Origin: Planctomycetota bacterium
GTDB taxonomy: Bacteria; Planctomycetota; B15-G4
Length of the DNA: 64,000 nt
Reading direction: 5' to 3'
Assembly (NCBI GenBank): GCA_965248575.1
Contig: CBDFJQ010000002.1
Span: forward strand, 3,776,001-3,840,000
Of this stretch, positions 36,951 to 46,739 are shown piece after piece; the stretch's first letter is position 1; each line of letters begins with the position of its first letter. A program made the position numbers and the translations under genes. The notes below the pieces were generated by a model that was given only the letters and a program-made list of their open reading frames with translations, was not told where the DNA came from and did not search any database.

Positions 36951-39346
36951 CTTTGTGCTCCTGTTCCGAGGCTGGTGACGACGTCGCGCAAGAACTGCAC
37001 GTTGGGGAGCGAGATATCCTTCAACATCTCCAGGTTCTCGGCGCTGAAGAAGCGGCTATCGGCCACGTAGAAGAAGCCGCCCTTTCCGATGCGAGCCGTG
37101 ACGCTGAGGGGGCGGCCCTGGAAGGCGCCCATCACCTGCAAGTTCTCGGGCTTGTCGAACCAGTTGCCTTGCATGCGCTCCAGGGGCCAGGCTTCGACGT
37201 ACTCCACCTCACGGCGCTGGCGGCCTTCCGGTTTCATGAGTGGGATGGGGCCGATGGGGGAGTCGCCCACCTCGAGACCCGCGCTGGCGAGCAGCGGGGC
37301 CAGGCCCTCGCGATGCGGGTAGCCGGCGGCGGCCAGCACGCGTCCGCCGGACTTCATGAAGCCCATGAGCTCTTCTGTCTCTGACTCGCTGAGCGCATCG
37401 ACCGGCGCCAGGGACACGAGCAAGTCGTGGGGGGCCATGCGTTCCACGTCAAAGGTGTCGAGCTCGCGCACCACGAAACCGAGGCGATCGAGGTTCAGCA
37501 CTAGGCCGTAGATGCAGTTCTTGCCGCCGCCGGCTGAGTCCATGCGTGGGCTGTGGGCGGTGTCCAACCAGGCGGTGGGTGCCACGCCGGTCGGGGCCGC
37601 GAGCAGCTGGGCCTGCCCCCTTTCGTACCCAGAGACCACGAGCGACAGCAGGAAGGCCGCAGCGACAAGGGGCCCGGAGCTCGCACAGGACCACGCGAGC
37701 CACAGCGTCCCGAGCAGCACACCGAGTGCAGCCATCTTGCGCAGGGCAAGGCCCCCGATCAGGGGCTCCCCTGAAAGCGCGCGGAAGAGCGGCCCGACGA
37801 AGGTGTCGTAGGTCGTGGGGAGGGAGACGTTCTGGAATCCGCTCGTGTCGCCGAAGACCACGACCCGGCCCTCGCCCGCCATGGCTTCCGCGGCCAGCAC
37901 CAGCCCGCCGCTGCGTTCGCCCTGTTGGTAGGTGTAGTCGCCCAGGTAGGCCTTGTCGGTCGCAGCCAGATTGCCCAGGTCGCCCACCGCGAAGCGGGCC
38001 GTTATGAGCGGAGTGGCCCGCTGGGACAACTCAAGGGAGGCCCCAACGCCGATGTTCAAGGCGTTGGTGGAGGATGTCGTCGCGAGCAGGGCGCTGAGGG
38101 TCCGGTCGGCACCGGCCCAACCCACGGCGTTGGGTGGTAGGGCAGAGTCGAAGCGGAAGGCGATGCCATAGGGTTGGAGCAGCTCGTTGAGGGACACCTG
38201 CAGACCGCCTGCGTTGGTGTGGTCACCCAGAACGACGAGCGAGCCGCCCTGCTCCACGAAATGGGCGCAGGCTTCCAGCTCCGTGGCTTGCCAGGTGGCA
38301 TTCGCGTTGATGACCACCAGCACGTCGACGTCGCGCAACAGCTCGTCGCTGAAGGCCGCGCTGCTGCGTTCGACCTCGAAACCGTGGGCGACCAAGTGAT
38401 GGGGCATGAGGCCGAACATGCCGAAGCGGTCACCGCTGAGGTTGTCATAGCTGGGACGGGACCAGTCGAGAATGGCGGCTTCACCTCGGTCGGCAAAGAG
38501 GACGCGCGGTGCGTCGGAAGGGAGTGCGAGCAGACTCAAGCACAACAGCAGCATGGAGAGGGTGACGCAAGCGACGGTGAGGCGTGCGCGTGGGCGTCGC
38601 GTCGAGGGTCGCTCGCTGTTGGGCGCCAGGGTCGATGATGGGATCGCCGAGAGCGTCCAACCCGCGCACGCCACGCACAGGAGATGGATGCCGCCCGGCA
38701 GCCAGTTGATGCCGCTGCGGCCGAGGGCCAGCTCGGGAGCGAAGCGCTCCAACACCCAGCTCGTGAGCAGTCCGGCACCAACGGCGAGCGTCGTCCAACC
38801 CAGGCGACGGAGGTCGCGTTCCATCACAAGGAAGCGACCCACCGCGAGACACAGCAGAAGCCCGGCCACAAAGAACCCTTGGGCACCGGCCCCCAACTGT
38901 AGTGCCTTGCGACCGAAGGCCAGGCCTTGGGCTGCATCCAGCCGCTCGGCAACAAGCGAGAGAGCGAGCTGCAGCTGCGGCATGGCGAGGTAGCTGAGCC
39001 ACAAGCAAAGGTAAAGCGCGGCGCCTGCGGCGAGACCAGACAGCAGGCCCCTTTGGCTGGGCAGCAAGCGGGGCAGGGCGCAGAGCAGCAGCAGTCCGGC
39101 GGCGTAGGCGCTGCGCAAGTCTTCTCCGTTGAGCAGGACCGCGAGGCCGAACATAACGAACAGGCCGGGCCAGCCCAGCAGCGCGCGGCGACCCGCGCGA
39201 TCGGCCCAAGCCAAGGGCCAGGCCAAGAGCACCGCCAGAGTTGCGAGCCGCAACATCGGCGTGCTGGGCAGCGGCACATTGCCGGACAGGAACTGAAAAC
39301 AGCTGGCGAGCGCGACGACGAACAGGAACGTGTGCAATCGGATCAT
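36947..39346 (-). CDS. Polytopic membrane protein with two DUF4350/GATase-like domains
   Basis: About 8 N-terminal TMs; DVLVVIN, FVEQGGSLVVLGDHTN, FRFD, GEGRVVVFGD; GAGGAG RBS. Confidence 0.75.
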   Translation of the reverse strand: MIRLHTFLFVVALASCFQFLSGNVPLPSTPMLRLATLAVLLAWPLAWADRAGRRALLGWPGLFVMFGLAVLLNGEDLRSAYAAGLLLLCALPRLLPSQRGLLSGLAAGAALYLCLWLSYLAMPQLQLALSLVAERLDAAQGLAFGRKALQLGAGAQGFFVAGLLLCLAVGRFLVMERDLRRLGWTTLAVGAGLLTSWVLERFAPELALGRSGINWLPGGIHLLCVACAGWTLSAIPSSTLAPNSERPSTRRPRARLTVACVTLSMLLLCLSLLALPSDAPRVLFADRGEAAILDWSRPSYDNLSGDRFGMFGLMPHHLVAHGFEVERSSAAFSDELLRDVDVLVVINANATWQATELEACAHFVEQGGSLVVLGDHTNAGGLQVSLNELLQPYGIAFRFDSALPPNAVGWAGADRTLSALLATTSSTNALNIGVGASLELSQRATPLITARFAVGDLGNLAATDKAYLGDYTYQQGERSGGLVLAAEAMAGEGRVVVFGDTSGFQNVSLPTTYDTFVGPLFRALSGEPLIGGLALRKMAALGVLLGTLWLAWSCASSGPLVAAAFLLSLVVSGYERGQAQLLAAPTGVAPTAWLDTAHSPRMDSAGGGKNCIYGLVLNLDRLGFVVRELDTFDVERMAPHDLLVSLAPVDALSESETEELMGFMKSGGRVLAAAGYPHREGLAPLLASAGLEVGDSPIGPIPLMKPEGRQRREVEYVEAWPLERMQGNWFDKPENLQVMGAFQGRPLSVTARIGKGGFFYVADSRFFSAENLEMLKDISLPNVQFLRDVVTSLGTGAQS

Positions 39347-39385
39347 GGTCCAGCTCCTCTTCGTGTCGCGCTCGCCAACCGAAAC

Positions 39386-42300
39386 TCAGTTGTCCTGGGC
39401 GCTCGTGTGCTTGCGGCGCCGGGTGACGGAGCCGAACAACAGGGCGGCCATGGAGGCCAGGCTGAGCAGGGCGACTTGCCCCGAGCCGTCCTCCTCCAGC
39501 GGTGCACTGCGTGCCTCGAAGGGCCCGTACTCCCACGAGCTTCCCGTGGGGCCTGCCACGAGCAGGCGGTACTGGGAGCCCGCGACGGCATCGGTGTCCG
39601 TCGCGGTCTGAAGAGCGCTGCCCTCCAGCACACCTTCACCGAGGGCGACCCACTCGTTCGAACCAGGGCACAGGGTCTGCAGGGAGTAGGACGTTCCTGC
39701 TCCCCGGCTCTCGAAGGCCCAGCTCAACCTGTTCCTCTCCACACCCGGAGAGATGTCGAGGGCCAAGAGCGCGGGCTTCTCCGTGCTTAGGTCGAGCTTG
39801 CCGAAGCCGCCGGTGTGAGAACCGTTCGGTGCGCAATCGCACTCGTCGCCGTCGCACTCATCCGTCTTGCAGGAACTGGGGACATAGAAGGGGTCGTTGA
39901 GCTTCTTGCGCTTGTTGACCTTGAAGCTCTCACCAGGGTTGCCGGGGGTCACCGGTCCCGGCGCAGTCGTACCACCGCCGGGCGGGAGGGAAACCGGGTC
40001 ATCGGGGTGCTCCTGATTCTCTGGCAGGCACTTCCGACCCGTCATGACCATGCGCATGGACTTGTTGGCGGGCGTCACCGGTGGCGGACGTGTTCCGCCA
40101 CCCTTGCCTCTGGGTCCCGCGCCGCCTCCAGGTCCTGGTGCTCGCGGGCCCGTGTCGCCTGGGGCACACGTGCGGCCGAAGAGCTTGAAGCGCTTGAGCG
40201 AGTAGTTCGACGCACCGGTCTTCGGAGGGACTGGTTTGGTCTTGGGTGTTCCACCCATCAAACCTCCTCCTGGAAGCACCTCGGCCTCCAAGGGCTCGCA
40301 GAGCTTCCCGGTGACGAGCTCCGCGGGATTGAGGACATTCGCTACGCAGCTGCCTGTTGTGTCCACCCAGACATCGGGGTTGAGGATTCCTGTGAGCCCC
40401 GAAGCCCAAAGGGACTCCGCGATGTCAACAACACCTATGAGCCCGGCGGCCCCCTTGACCCATTTTCTCCAGCCTCCGCCTCCTCTGGGTCTGGGCACAC
40501 GACCAGCAGGCTTTTCCGGGGGCGGAGCGAACTGTCCTCCGGCAGCCGGCCCGCCGTCCGGGCGGCGAGCTCCGGCGGGCCACCGATACCGTTGCACCTT
40601 GTCGTCCCAGTACTGCTCAGCCAGTGAGCCGTCGGGCATGACCGGCGGCCTCGTGTCTTGCTGCCCCAGGGGGTCCTTGCGGTTGTGGGGAGAGTTCGCG
40701 ACGAAGGCGTAGGGCGACTCATTGGTGCCCTTGTCGAGAATCCGACCCACCAGCAGATGGGGCTGCATGGTGGTGTTGCCGTCGACGGACATCGGGTCGC
40801 GGGTGAGGAAGCGACCTTCGGCCGGGTCCATGTGCCGGGAGCGGAAGTAGTACTGCCCCGTAGCCCGGCTCCACGGTGTGAAGTACGAGTGCACGACGTC
40901 GATGGCCTCTTTCATGGAGGCGAATTCGTGGTCGTAGTACGTACCGGTGAACAGCCGCGGGTTGTTCCAGGCACTCGACAGGAGGTCCTGGTCGACACCG
41001 GCACTGTTCAGGAAGCGCGGAGCGCCGTAGGCATCGTAGGTGTAGCGCTCGATGACGTTGCCTGTGTCGTCCGTCAGCGCGCTGACGTTGCCGAAGGGGT
41101 CCATCAGGTAGTAGACATCGTCCAAGCTGCCGTTGGAATCCAGGTCGCGACGCATCTGGATCACATCGTCGAGCATGTCCCCTTGCACGTACTGGGCGAC
41201 CAGGGAGCCGAGGCCGGTGCGCTCTTCGACGACTTCGTCCCGGTCGTACAGATAACGAGTGGTGACGAGTTGGCTCTTGGTGTTGGTGAATTCCTTGCGA
41301 ATGCGACGGTCGTAGGCGTCGTAGCCGAAGCGCAGGAAGGTCTGGCTGTTGTCGTTGCGCTTCACCTCGATCAGGCGATCGAAACCGTCGTAGATATAGG
41401 TGAACCAACGGTCGCCGGTGCGGTTGCCTGCGGAGTCGTGTTGCAGCGCTTCACCGGCGATGGAGTCGTAGGCCCAAGTGAGCCCGGTGCCGAACGCATG
41501 GCTGAGACCATTGACGGTCATTGAGAGCCAGGTGGAATCCTGGTCGATGTCGTACTCTTGGACTCTGTCGGCTTGGAAGCCGTCATCGTCGCGCTCGAAA
41601 CGCCGCAGGCGATCGAGGCTGTCGTACTCCATGGCATCGGACAGGGTGGAGGCGCCGACGCCGGGGGGCGAGTAGAGCTCCCGGGCTTCGGCGACACGCT
41701 GCTCATTGACGTCGTAGGCCTCCTCGTAGCGGTCAATCATCAGCCCGCCGGGGTCCAGGTGGAAGGCGTTGCGGCGGTTGCCGTCGGGGCTGTAACCCGT
41801 CACGTCGCTGGTGGACGGCAGGGGTTGCTCGAGGCTCAGGCTGACATTGTTGCCAAGGGTCCGGTGGGCCAGGCGGCCCACACCGAAGTAGTCAGACTGG
41901 GCGACGGGTTGCAGGCCATCGAAAATGGACTCGAGGCGATCCAGCTCGTCATAGCCCCGGGTGAGGTGGCGCCCGTTGGGGTACCAGAGGCCGACCCGGT
42001 TGCTGTGGGCGTCGTACTCGGTGGTGACGGTGTAGCCATCCTGTGTTTCGACCAGCATCCGGCCCAGGGAATCCCAGCTCCGGGTGACGACCGAATCGGG
42101 CAGCGGGCCGTTGTCGTCGACCATCCGCGTCTCTTGGTTGAGGCCGCTATACTCATAGTGAGTCCCCGAGCTGCCTGGCAAGCTCAGTTGGTTCAACTCG
42201 GAGGACACGACACGGCTGTCCCCGTCGCGGCTGAGGGTCATGCCCCCGTGCAAGTTGAACAGCGCGTCGTAATCGCGCTGTTCAAGAATGCTGCCGTCGC

Positions 42301-45300
42301 GGTTGAACTCCAGGTCGAAGTAGGTGAGGTCAGGGAAGGTGCGCCGGAACATCCGGTCGCGATCGTCGTAGAGCATGGAGACGGTCTTGCCGCCCGTGGT
42401 CGTGCTGGTGAGGCGGTCGTTCCTGTCGTAGACCATCTGCGTGACGGCCTCTGCCGCAGCGAGAGGCGTGCTCGGATTGAAGTTGGCGAAAAGCATGGCC
42501 ATGCTGTTGCCAAGCCCATCCACATGGAGGTCGGATGCGACCGTCCGGACACGCCCCGAGGCGTCGCGGCTGAAACGCTTGGCGTTTCCGGGGCTGCCGA
42601 TGAGCAAGTAGGGAGGAAGGATCCCGAGCGGATCCAGGGTGGGGGCGGAGGCCGTGCGGGAATCCGCCTGGGCCACCACCTGGTTCTGGCTGCTGTAGGT
42701 CCTGTACTCGCAGCGCCCTTCGGTGTCGGTGGTGCGCACCAGACGACCCAGGCCGTCATAGAGCATCCAGGCAGATTTCTCTTCACCGTTCGGGTTGCCG
42801 AGGTGGTCCACCTCTTCCGTGCGGGTGAAGCGGAGGTTGCCACCCTTGTCGTAGGTGTTGAGGGTGTAGTTGCCCACGGGGTCGAGGGCCGTGATCTGCC
42901 GCATGAGCCCGTCATAGGTGAAGCTCACCTCGTCCCCATTGGGGTCGCGGGTGCGGGTGATGTTGCCGTCCCGGTCGTACTGGTAGAGCGTGACGGAGTC
43001 GCCCGGGTTGTAGGTGTAAGGCAGGCTCAGGTTGGTGTCGGGGACGAAGGCCACATCTGTCTGGGTCACGATGCGGTTCAGGGCATCGCGGGTGAAACGG
43101 ATCTCGGACAGCAGGACATTGCCCGTGGTGTCGTTCTGGGTCTTGCTCGGGCCCCCCAAGGCACCGAGTACCTGGAAGCCGTCGCTGAAGTCCTTGCCGT
43201 CGTAGAGTTGGCGGCGGACAGTGCCCACCGGACTGATCTCGTCCATGAGGCGATGGCGGCCGTCGTAGACGTAGAGCGTCTTTTCGCGCAGGCCGTCGCC
43301 GTCGAGGTCGTCGGGGTGTTCGATCTCCCGGATCTTGCCGTTGGGCGTGTAGTGGTAGGTGGTCTCACCGCTGACGTCGCCGTCGGAGCTGCCTGCAATG
43401 GACTTCCAAAGGAAGTTGCGCTCGTCGTAGGCGAAGGAATCTTCGTTGCCCTCCGGGGAGGTGGCCGAGATCTGGTTGCCGCGGTCGTCGTAGAGGTAGC
43501 GGGTCAGGGCGTCCGTGGAGGAGTCCAACTCCTGAACCATGGAGTTCTGCAAGTTCTGGCGGTTGTAGCTCCAGGTGGTGGTGGACCAGGGGTTGGTCTC
43601 GAAGCCAGCGTTTCGGTTTTCCACTTCGCTGCGCACGAGGTTGCCATTGGCGTCGTAGAAGCCGTAGGTCTCGTATGCAGGCAGCACCATGTGCCCTGCC
43701 AAGCTCCAGAGGGCCACGAGGTCCGGGTCAATGTTGGTGCCGATGCCCACGGCCTCGCGAGCGCGAAGCACCTCGCCCAGCACGTTGCGCGTGAACACCG
43801 TGCGGATGCCCCGGGCGTTGCGCTCGCTGCTGATGTAGCCCCAGGTGTCGCGCACCCACTTGCTGGAGGCGGCCACGTGGGCAACGCCCGCGGGCTTGGT
43901 CCAGTAGGCGGTACCGCCGTTGGGCGGGGCGGCCAGCGGATCAATGTCCGCAATGACTTCCTGCAGGTAACCACCGCTGGCGTCGCTGCCGTAAGTGTAG
44001 AGGGTCAAGGCGCCCTCGGCAGTGCAGGTCGTGAGGACGCGACCGTCATCCTTGTAGGTCTTGACCAGGATGATCTGGCTCGAGGCGCCGGTGAAGACGT
44101 CCACCACGGGGCTGGACGTCGTGACGATCTGCTGGCCAGCGATCTGGTCCGTGACCCCATCGCCGTTCTGGTCGCCGAGGTTCAGGGGATAGCTGCCGAC
44201 ATCGATGCCCCAGTCATCGACCATGGCCTGCAGGCCGGTCAGCAGGGGATCACCTTCCTGGTAATCGAAGGTGGGGGCGACTTCGGCGTGGTTGGTTGGC
44301 GTGCGCCGATTGTAGATGGGTTCGTAGTTGTGAACGATCGAGTAGCGCTTGTCTTCCGCAATGCTGGAGAAGTGGCGGATGACGTCGACGTTGCCGGCCT
44401 GGAAGCGGTCCGTGTCCGCCAGATAAATAAACTGACGGGAGTCGCCCGAGGGATAGGCCAGGGATTCAAGCTCACCTTCTGCGCTGAAGGTGCAGGTCTT
44501 GAGGAAGCTGCCGGGGTCGTTGGGGTGCAAGCCCGCAGTGAAGAGCTCGTAGGTGAGGGTGTTGCCGAGATCGTTGAAGGTGTAGTCCGTGGTGACGCCG
44601 AAGGCATCGAACTTGGAGGCCGTCTTGGCGATGGGGTCGATGGTGTAGACCGTGTTGCCGCCATCCAGAGTGCCCCAATCGTTGTGCCACTCGCGGGTCA
44701 GGGTTTGGAGCACGTCTCCGTTGTAGGCGAACTCCATGGCGGCATCGCCGCTCGCCGCCTCAGCGGGATAGATGACGCCGGTCAAGTTGTGGCGCAGGCG
44801 CGGGTCGGTCTCGCTGGCCGTGGTGTAGGTGAAGCCGAGGGCGCGGCCGGCGGGAAAGTCGTTGTTGGAGCCGTCCGGTGCGAAGACCGGCGTGCCGGTG
44901 ATGGCGGGGGTCGTGACAGAGACGAGGTCGTCGGCAGACGTGGCGAAGGTCCAGGTCCGGCCGCCATGGTCGGTGATGGTTTCCAGCAGGCCTGTGGATG
45001 CGTGGTACGTCAGGCTGACGTCACGCCCCGAAGAGTCGGTGAGGGTCTGGAGGTCACCGGCGGCGGTGTAGGCCAGCGAGATGGACCGGCCGAAGGCGTC
45101 GGTCATGCTCTCGAGCTTGCCTGATGTTGCGCTCGCGTCGATGGTGTGGAAGCGTAGGACAGTGCCTTCCGAGAAGCGGATCTGCCACTCATTACCCACC
45201 AGGCGCGCCTTGCGATAGACGCCCGGGGTGGAGCACTCCTGCAGCGTGCCGTTCACCTCATACTCGTCCACGGCAAAGCGGACACCGTCGAAGTGCACCA

Positions 45301-45667
45301 ACTCGCTGCCGTCCAGCCAGACGCGTTGCTCCCAGTTGTGGGACCAGTTGCGGCCGATGGGGCCGCTGTAATCGATCTGGCTCCTGTAGTGGATGTCGAA
45401 GGGCAGGTACATGCCGAGCGCAGACGTCTCGAAGATCCTGCTACCGAAGGACACTTCGCCGTTGTGAAGCGAGACGCCGGCGATGTCGTCCAGGTCGTCT
45501 ACCTGTGCATTTCGGGCCGGCCGGAATCCTTCCACGGTGCTGTTGGCGTTCGGGCCCGCGCCCGAGCGCGTCACAGTCACCTGTTGGGCAGAGGCGACGG
45601 GTGTCGGCAGGAAGAGTGCAGAGAGACACAGGCACGCAAAGGCGCGCAGGCTTTTTCGACGCAGCAT
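39386..45667 (-). CDS. Rhs/YD-repeat protein with signal peptide, DUF6531-like domain, Rhs core and C-terminal TM anchor
   Basis: Signal peptide (..PVASA-QQ); GP.G.NWSH; many YD..G repeats; YDAYG..FTG..D..GQYYFRSR..DP..GRFLTRDP..Y.FV.NSP....DPLG; terminal hydrophobic helix plus RRRK. Confidence 0.92.
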   Translation of the reverse strand: MLRRKSLRAFACLCLSALFLPTPVASAQQVTVTRSGAGPNANSTVEGFRPARNAQVDDLDDIAGVSLHNGEVSFGSRIFETSALGMYLPFDIHYRSQIDYSGPIGRNWSHNWEQRVWLDGSELVHFDGVRFAVDEYEVNGTLQECSTPGVYRKARLVGNEWQIRFSEGTVLRFHTIDASATSGKLESMTDAFGRSISLAYTAAGDLQTLTDSSGRDVSLTYHASTGLLETITDHGGRTWTFATSADDLVSVTTPAITGTPVFAPDGSNNDFPAGRALGFTYTTASETDPRLRHNLTGVIYPAEAASGDAAMEFAYNGDVLQTLTREWHNDWGTLDGGNTVYTIDPIAKTASKFDAFGVTTDYTFNDLGNTLTYELFTAGLHPNDPGSFLKTCTFSAEGELESLAYPSGDSRQFIYLADTDRFQAGNVDVIRHFSSIAEDKRYSIVHNYEPIYNRRTPTNHAEVAPTFDYQEGDPLLTGLQAMVDDWGIDVGSYPLNLGDQNGDGVTDQIAGQQIVTTSSPVVDVFTGASSQIILVKTYKDDGRVLTTCTAEGALTLYTYGSDASGGYLQEVIADIDPLAAPPNGGTAYWTKPAGVAHVAASSKWVRDTWGYISSERNARGIRTVFTRNVLGEVLRAREAVGIGTNIDPDLVALWSLAGHMVLPAYETYGFYDANGNLVRSEVENRNAGFETNPWSTTTWSYNRQNLQNSMVQELDSSTDALTRYLYDDRGNQISATSPEGNEDSFAYDERNFLWKSIAGSSDGDVSGETTYHYTPNGKIREIEHPDDLDGDGLREKTLYVYDGRHRLMDEISPVGTVRRQLYDGKDFSDGFQVLGALGGPSKTQNDTTGNVLLSEIRFTRDALNRIVTQTDVAFVPDTNLSLPYTYNPGDSVTLYQYDRDGNITRTRDPNGDEVSFTYDGLMRQITALDPVGNYTLNTYDKGGNLRFTRTEEVDHLGNPNGEEKSAWMLYDGLGRLVRTTDTEGRCEYRTYSSQNQVVAQADSRTASAPTLDPLGILPPYLLIGSPGNAKRFSRDASGRVRTVASDLHVDGLGNSMAMLFANFNPSTPLAAAEAVTQMVYDRNDRLTSTTTGGKTVSMLYDDRDRMFRRTFPDLTYFDLEFNRDGSILEQRDYDALFNLHGGMTLSRDGDSRVVSSELNQLSLPGSSGTHYEYSGLNQETRMVDDNGPLPDSVVTRSWDSLGRMLVETQDGYTVTTEYDAHSNRVGLWYPNGRHLTRGYDELDRLESIFDGLQPVAQSDYFGVGRLAHRTLGNNVSLSLEQPLPSTSDVTGYSPDGNRRNAFHLDPGGLMIDRYEEAYDVNEQRVAEARELYSPPGVGASTLSDAMEYDSLDRLRRFERDDDGFQADRVQEYDIDQDSTWLSMTVNGLSHAFGTGLTWAYDSIAGEALQHDSAGNRTGDRWFTYIYDGFDRLIEVKRNDNSQTFLRFGYDAYDRRIRKEFTNTKSQLVTTRYLYDRDEVVEERTGLGSLVAQYVQGDMLDDVIQMRRDLDSNGSLDDVYYLMDPFGNVSALTDDTGNVIERYTYDAYGAPRFLNSAGVDQDLLSSAWNNPRLFTGTYYDHEFASMKEAIDVVHSYFTPWSRATGQYYFRSRHMDPAEGRFLTRDPMSVDGNTTMQPHLLVGRILDKGTNESPYAFVANSPHNRKDPLGQQDTRPPVMPDGSLAEQYWDDKVQRYRWPAGARRPDGGPAAGGQFAPPPEKPAGRVPRPRGGGGWRKWVKGAAGLIGVVDIAESLWASGLTGILNPDVWVDTTGSCVANVLNPAELVTGKLCEPLEAEVLPGGGLMGGTPKTKPVPPKTGASNYSLKRFKLFGRTCAPGDTGPRAPGPGGGAGPRGKGGGTRPPPVTPANKSMRMVMTGRKCLPENQEHPDDPVSLPPGGGTTAPGPVTPGNPGESFKVNKRKKLNDPFYVPSSCKTDECDGDECDCAPNGSHTGGFGKLDLSTEKPALLALDISPGVERNRLSWAFESRGAGTSYSLQTLCPGSNEWVALGEGVLEGSALQTATDTDAVAGSQYRLLVAGPTGSSWEYGPFEARSAPLEEDGSGQVALLSLASMAALLFGSVTRRRKHTSAQDN

Positions 45668-46369
45668 GGTTCATGACCCTGTAACGAGGGAGGGGGCCGA
45701 TTGCAGCGCGTAGGTGTCGCGGGCCAACCGAGCGGTTTCAGGAAGTTGAAACGGCACGCCCGCAAAGCCGGCGGGCATCAGGTGCCGAATGGACAGGCCG
45801 ACCCGCGTTTCATCCCCAGCGACATGCGGCGTGATCGCTGCACGACCCCTCAAACGCGCCCCAGACAGAAGGAAGCCAAGAAATGCTCCGTTCGCCAAAC
45901 CTCCCGGTCCCAGGAATAGACGGACCTACCCAACGCGGTGAGCCTCATCCCAAGACCCGGTGCTGAGTGCCCAAGATCGCACGAGGAGGAGATCGAAGCC
46001 TTGCGGGCTGTCAGGATCAGGCGGCGCGGCGGAGGGGCTCGCGGCGGGTCTCCTGCTGATGTCCGGTTTCGCCCCTGAGGCGCTCTGTTTTTGGCTCTCG
46101 GGGTTCTTTGCCGTCAAGGCCGCGTACATGCCGGCGAAGCAGAGGTCTCGAATCGCAGTCTGCCTCGTGCCGGTCTTGATCTTGTATCCGTTCGCCTTGA
46201 TGGCCGTCGTTGCGTCGACTCTCTTTGGCCTCAGCGACTCGCGAGGCTTGGAGGCGAGTCGTATGCTCGCGCGCTGAGAGGCTCGTGGCTCAACGAGGGC
46301 GGGGGCCAAACTTGGCGCTTCGAGTTCGAAGCCCATCTGCCGACTCGCTCGCCACGCTCAGGAGACCTT

Positions 46370-46576
46370 ATGAACGAATCACCCGAAGGAACGGGAGTCC
46401 TCTCCCTCTTCAAAGGGTCGGCTGTGTGGTTTGGCCTCGCCCTCACTCTCGCGGGCTATCTCTGCGAAGAGTTCGTTGGCAGCGAGCATGCCTTCGAGTT
46501 CCTGATGTTCTTTGGTGGGCTGAATCTCGGGATCGGCCTGGGTGGGAACATCGTCAGGAGAAAGTTGGCTACCTGA
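46370..46576 (+). CDS. Small two-TM hypothetical protein
   Basis: AGGAGA RBS, ATG, two hydrophobic segments. Confidence 0.6.
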   Translation: MNESPEGTGVLSLFKGSAVWFGLALTLAGYLCEEFVGSEHAFEFLMFFGGLNLGIGLGGNIVRRKLAT

Positions 46577-46600
46577 GCCGCATACCGAGACGGTCGCCAC

Positions 46601-46700
46601 ATGACGCGCAGGAAGTCACTTCGGGGAGTGCTCAACGGGTTCCTGGGCACCTTCAGCAGCTGGAACTCCGACTACCAGGGCTACGAGGTCTTCGGGATTC
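46601..46700 (+). pseudogene. Probable truncated 5' gene fragment
   Basis: Protein-like start (MTRRKSLRGVLNGFLGTFSSWNSDYQGY) that runs into the PadR promoter and continues out of frame over the PadR gene. Confidence 0.35.
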
Positions 46701-46704
46701 GGGG

Positions 46705-46733
46705 TTGCACTATATCCGCAACGGATATAGTGT
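46705..46733 (+). promoter_or_regulatory. Sigma70-like promoter overlapped by a perfect palindrome (putative PadR operator)
   Basis: TTGCAC-17nt-TAGTGT; CACTATATCCG-CAA-CGGATATAGTG (46708-46732); ATG follows 6 nt after the -10 box. Confidence 0.75.
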
Positions 46734-46739
46734 CGAGGC

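Noticed and set aside
41558..45124. 1188-aa ORF on + opposite the Rhs gene (likewise 436-2640, 9313-11241, 13684-15507, 34752-36347, 56944-58485)
   Set aside because: Antisense or shadow ORFs expected in high-GC DNA; no motifs, and they overlap well-supported genes.
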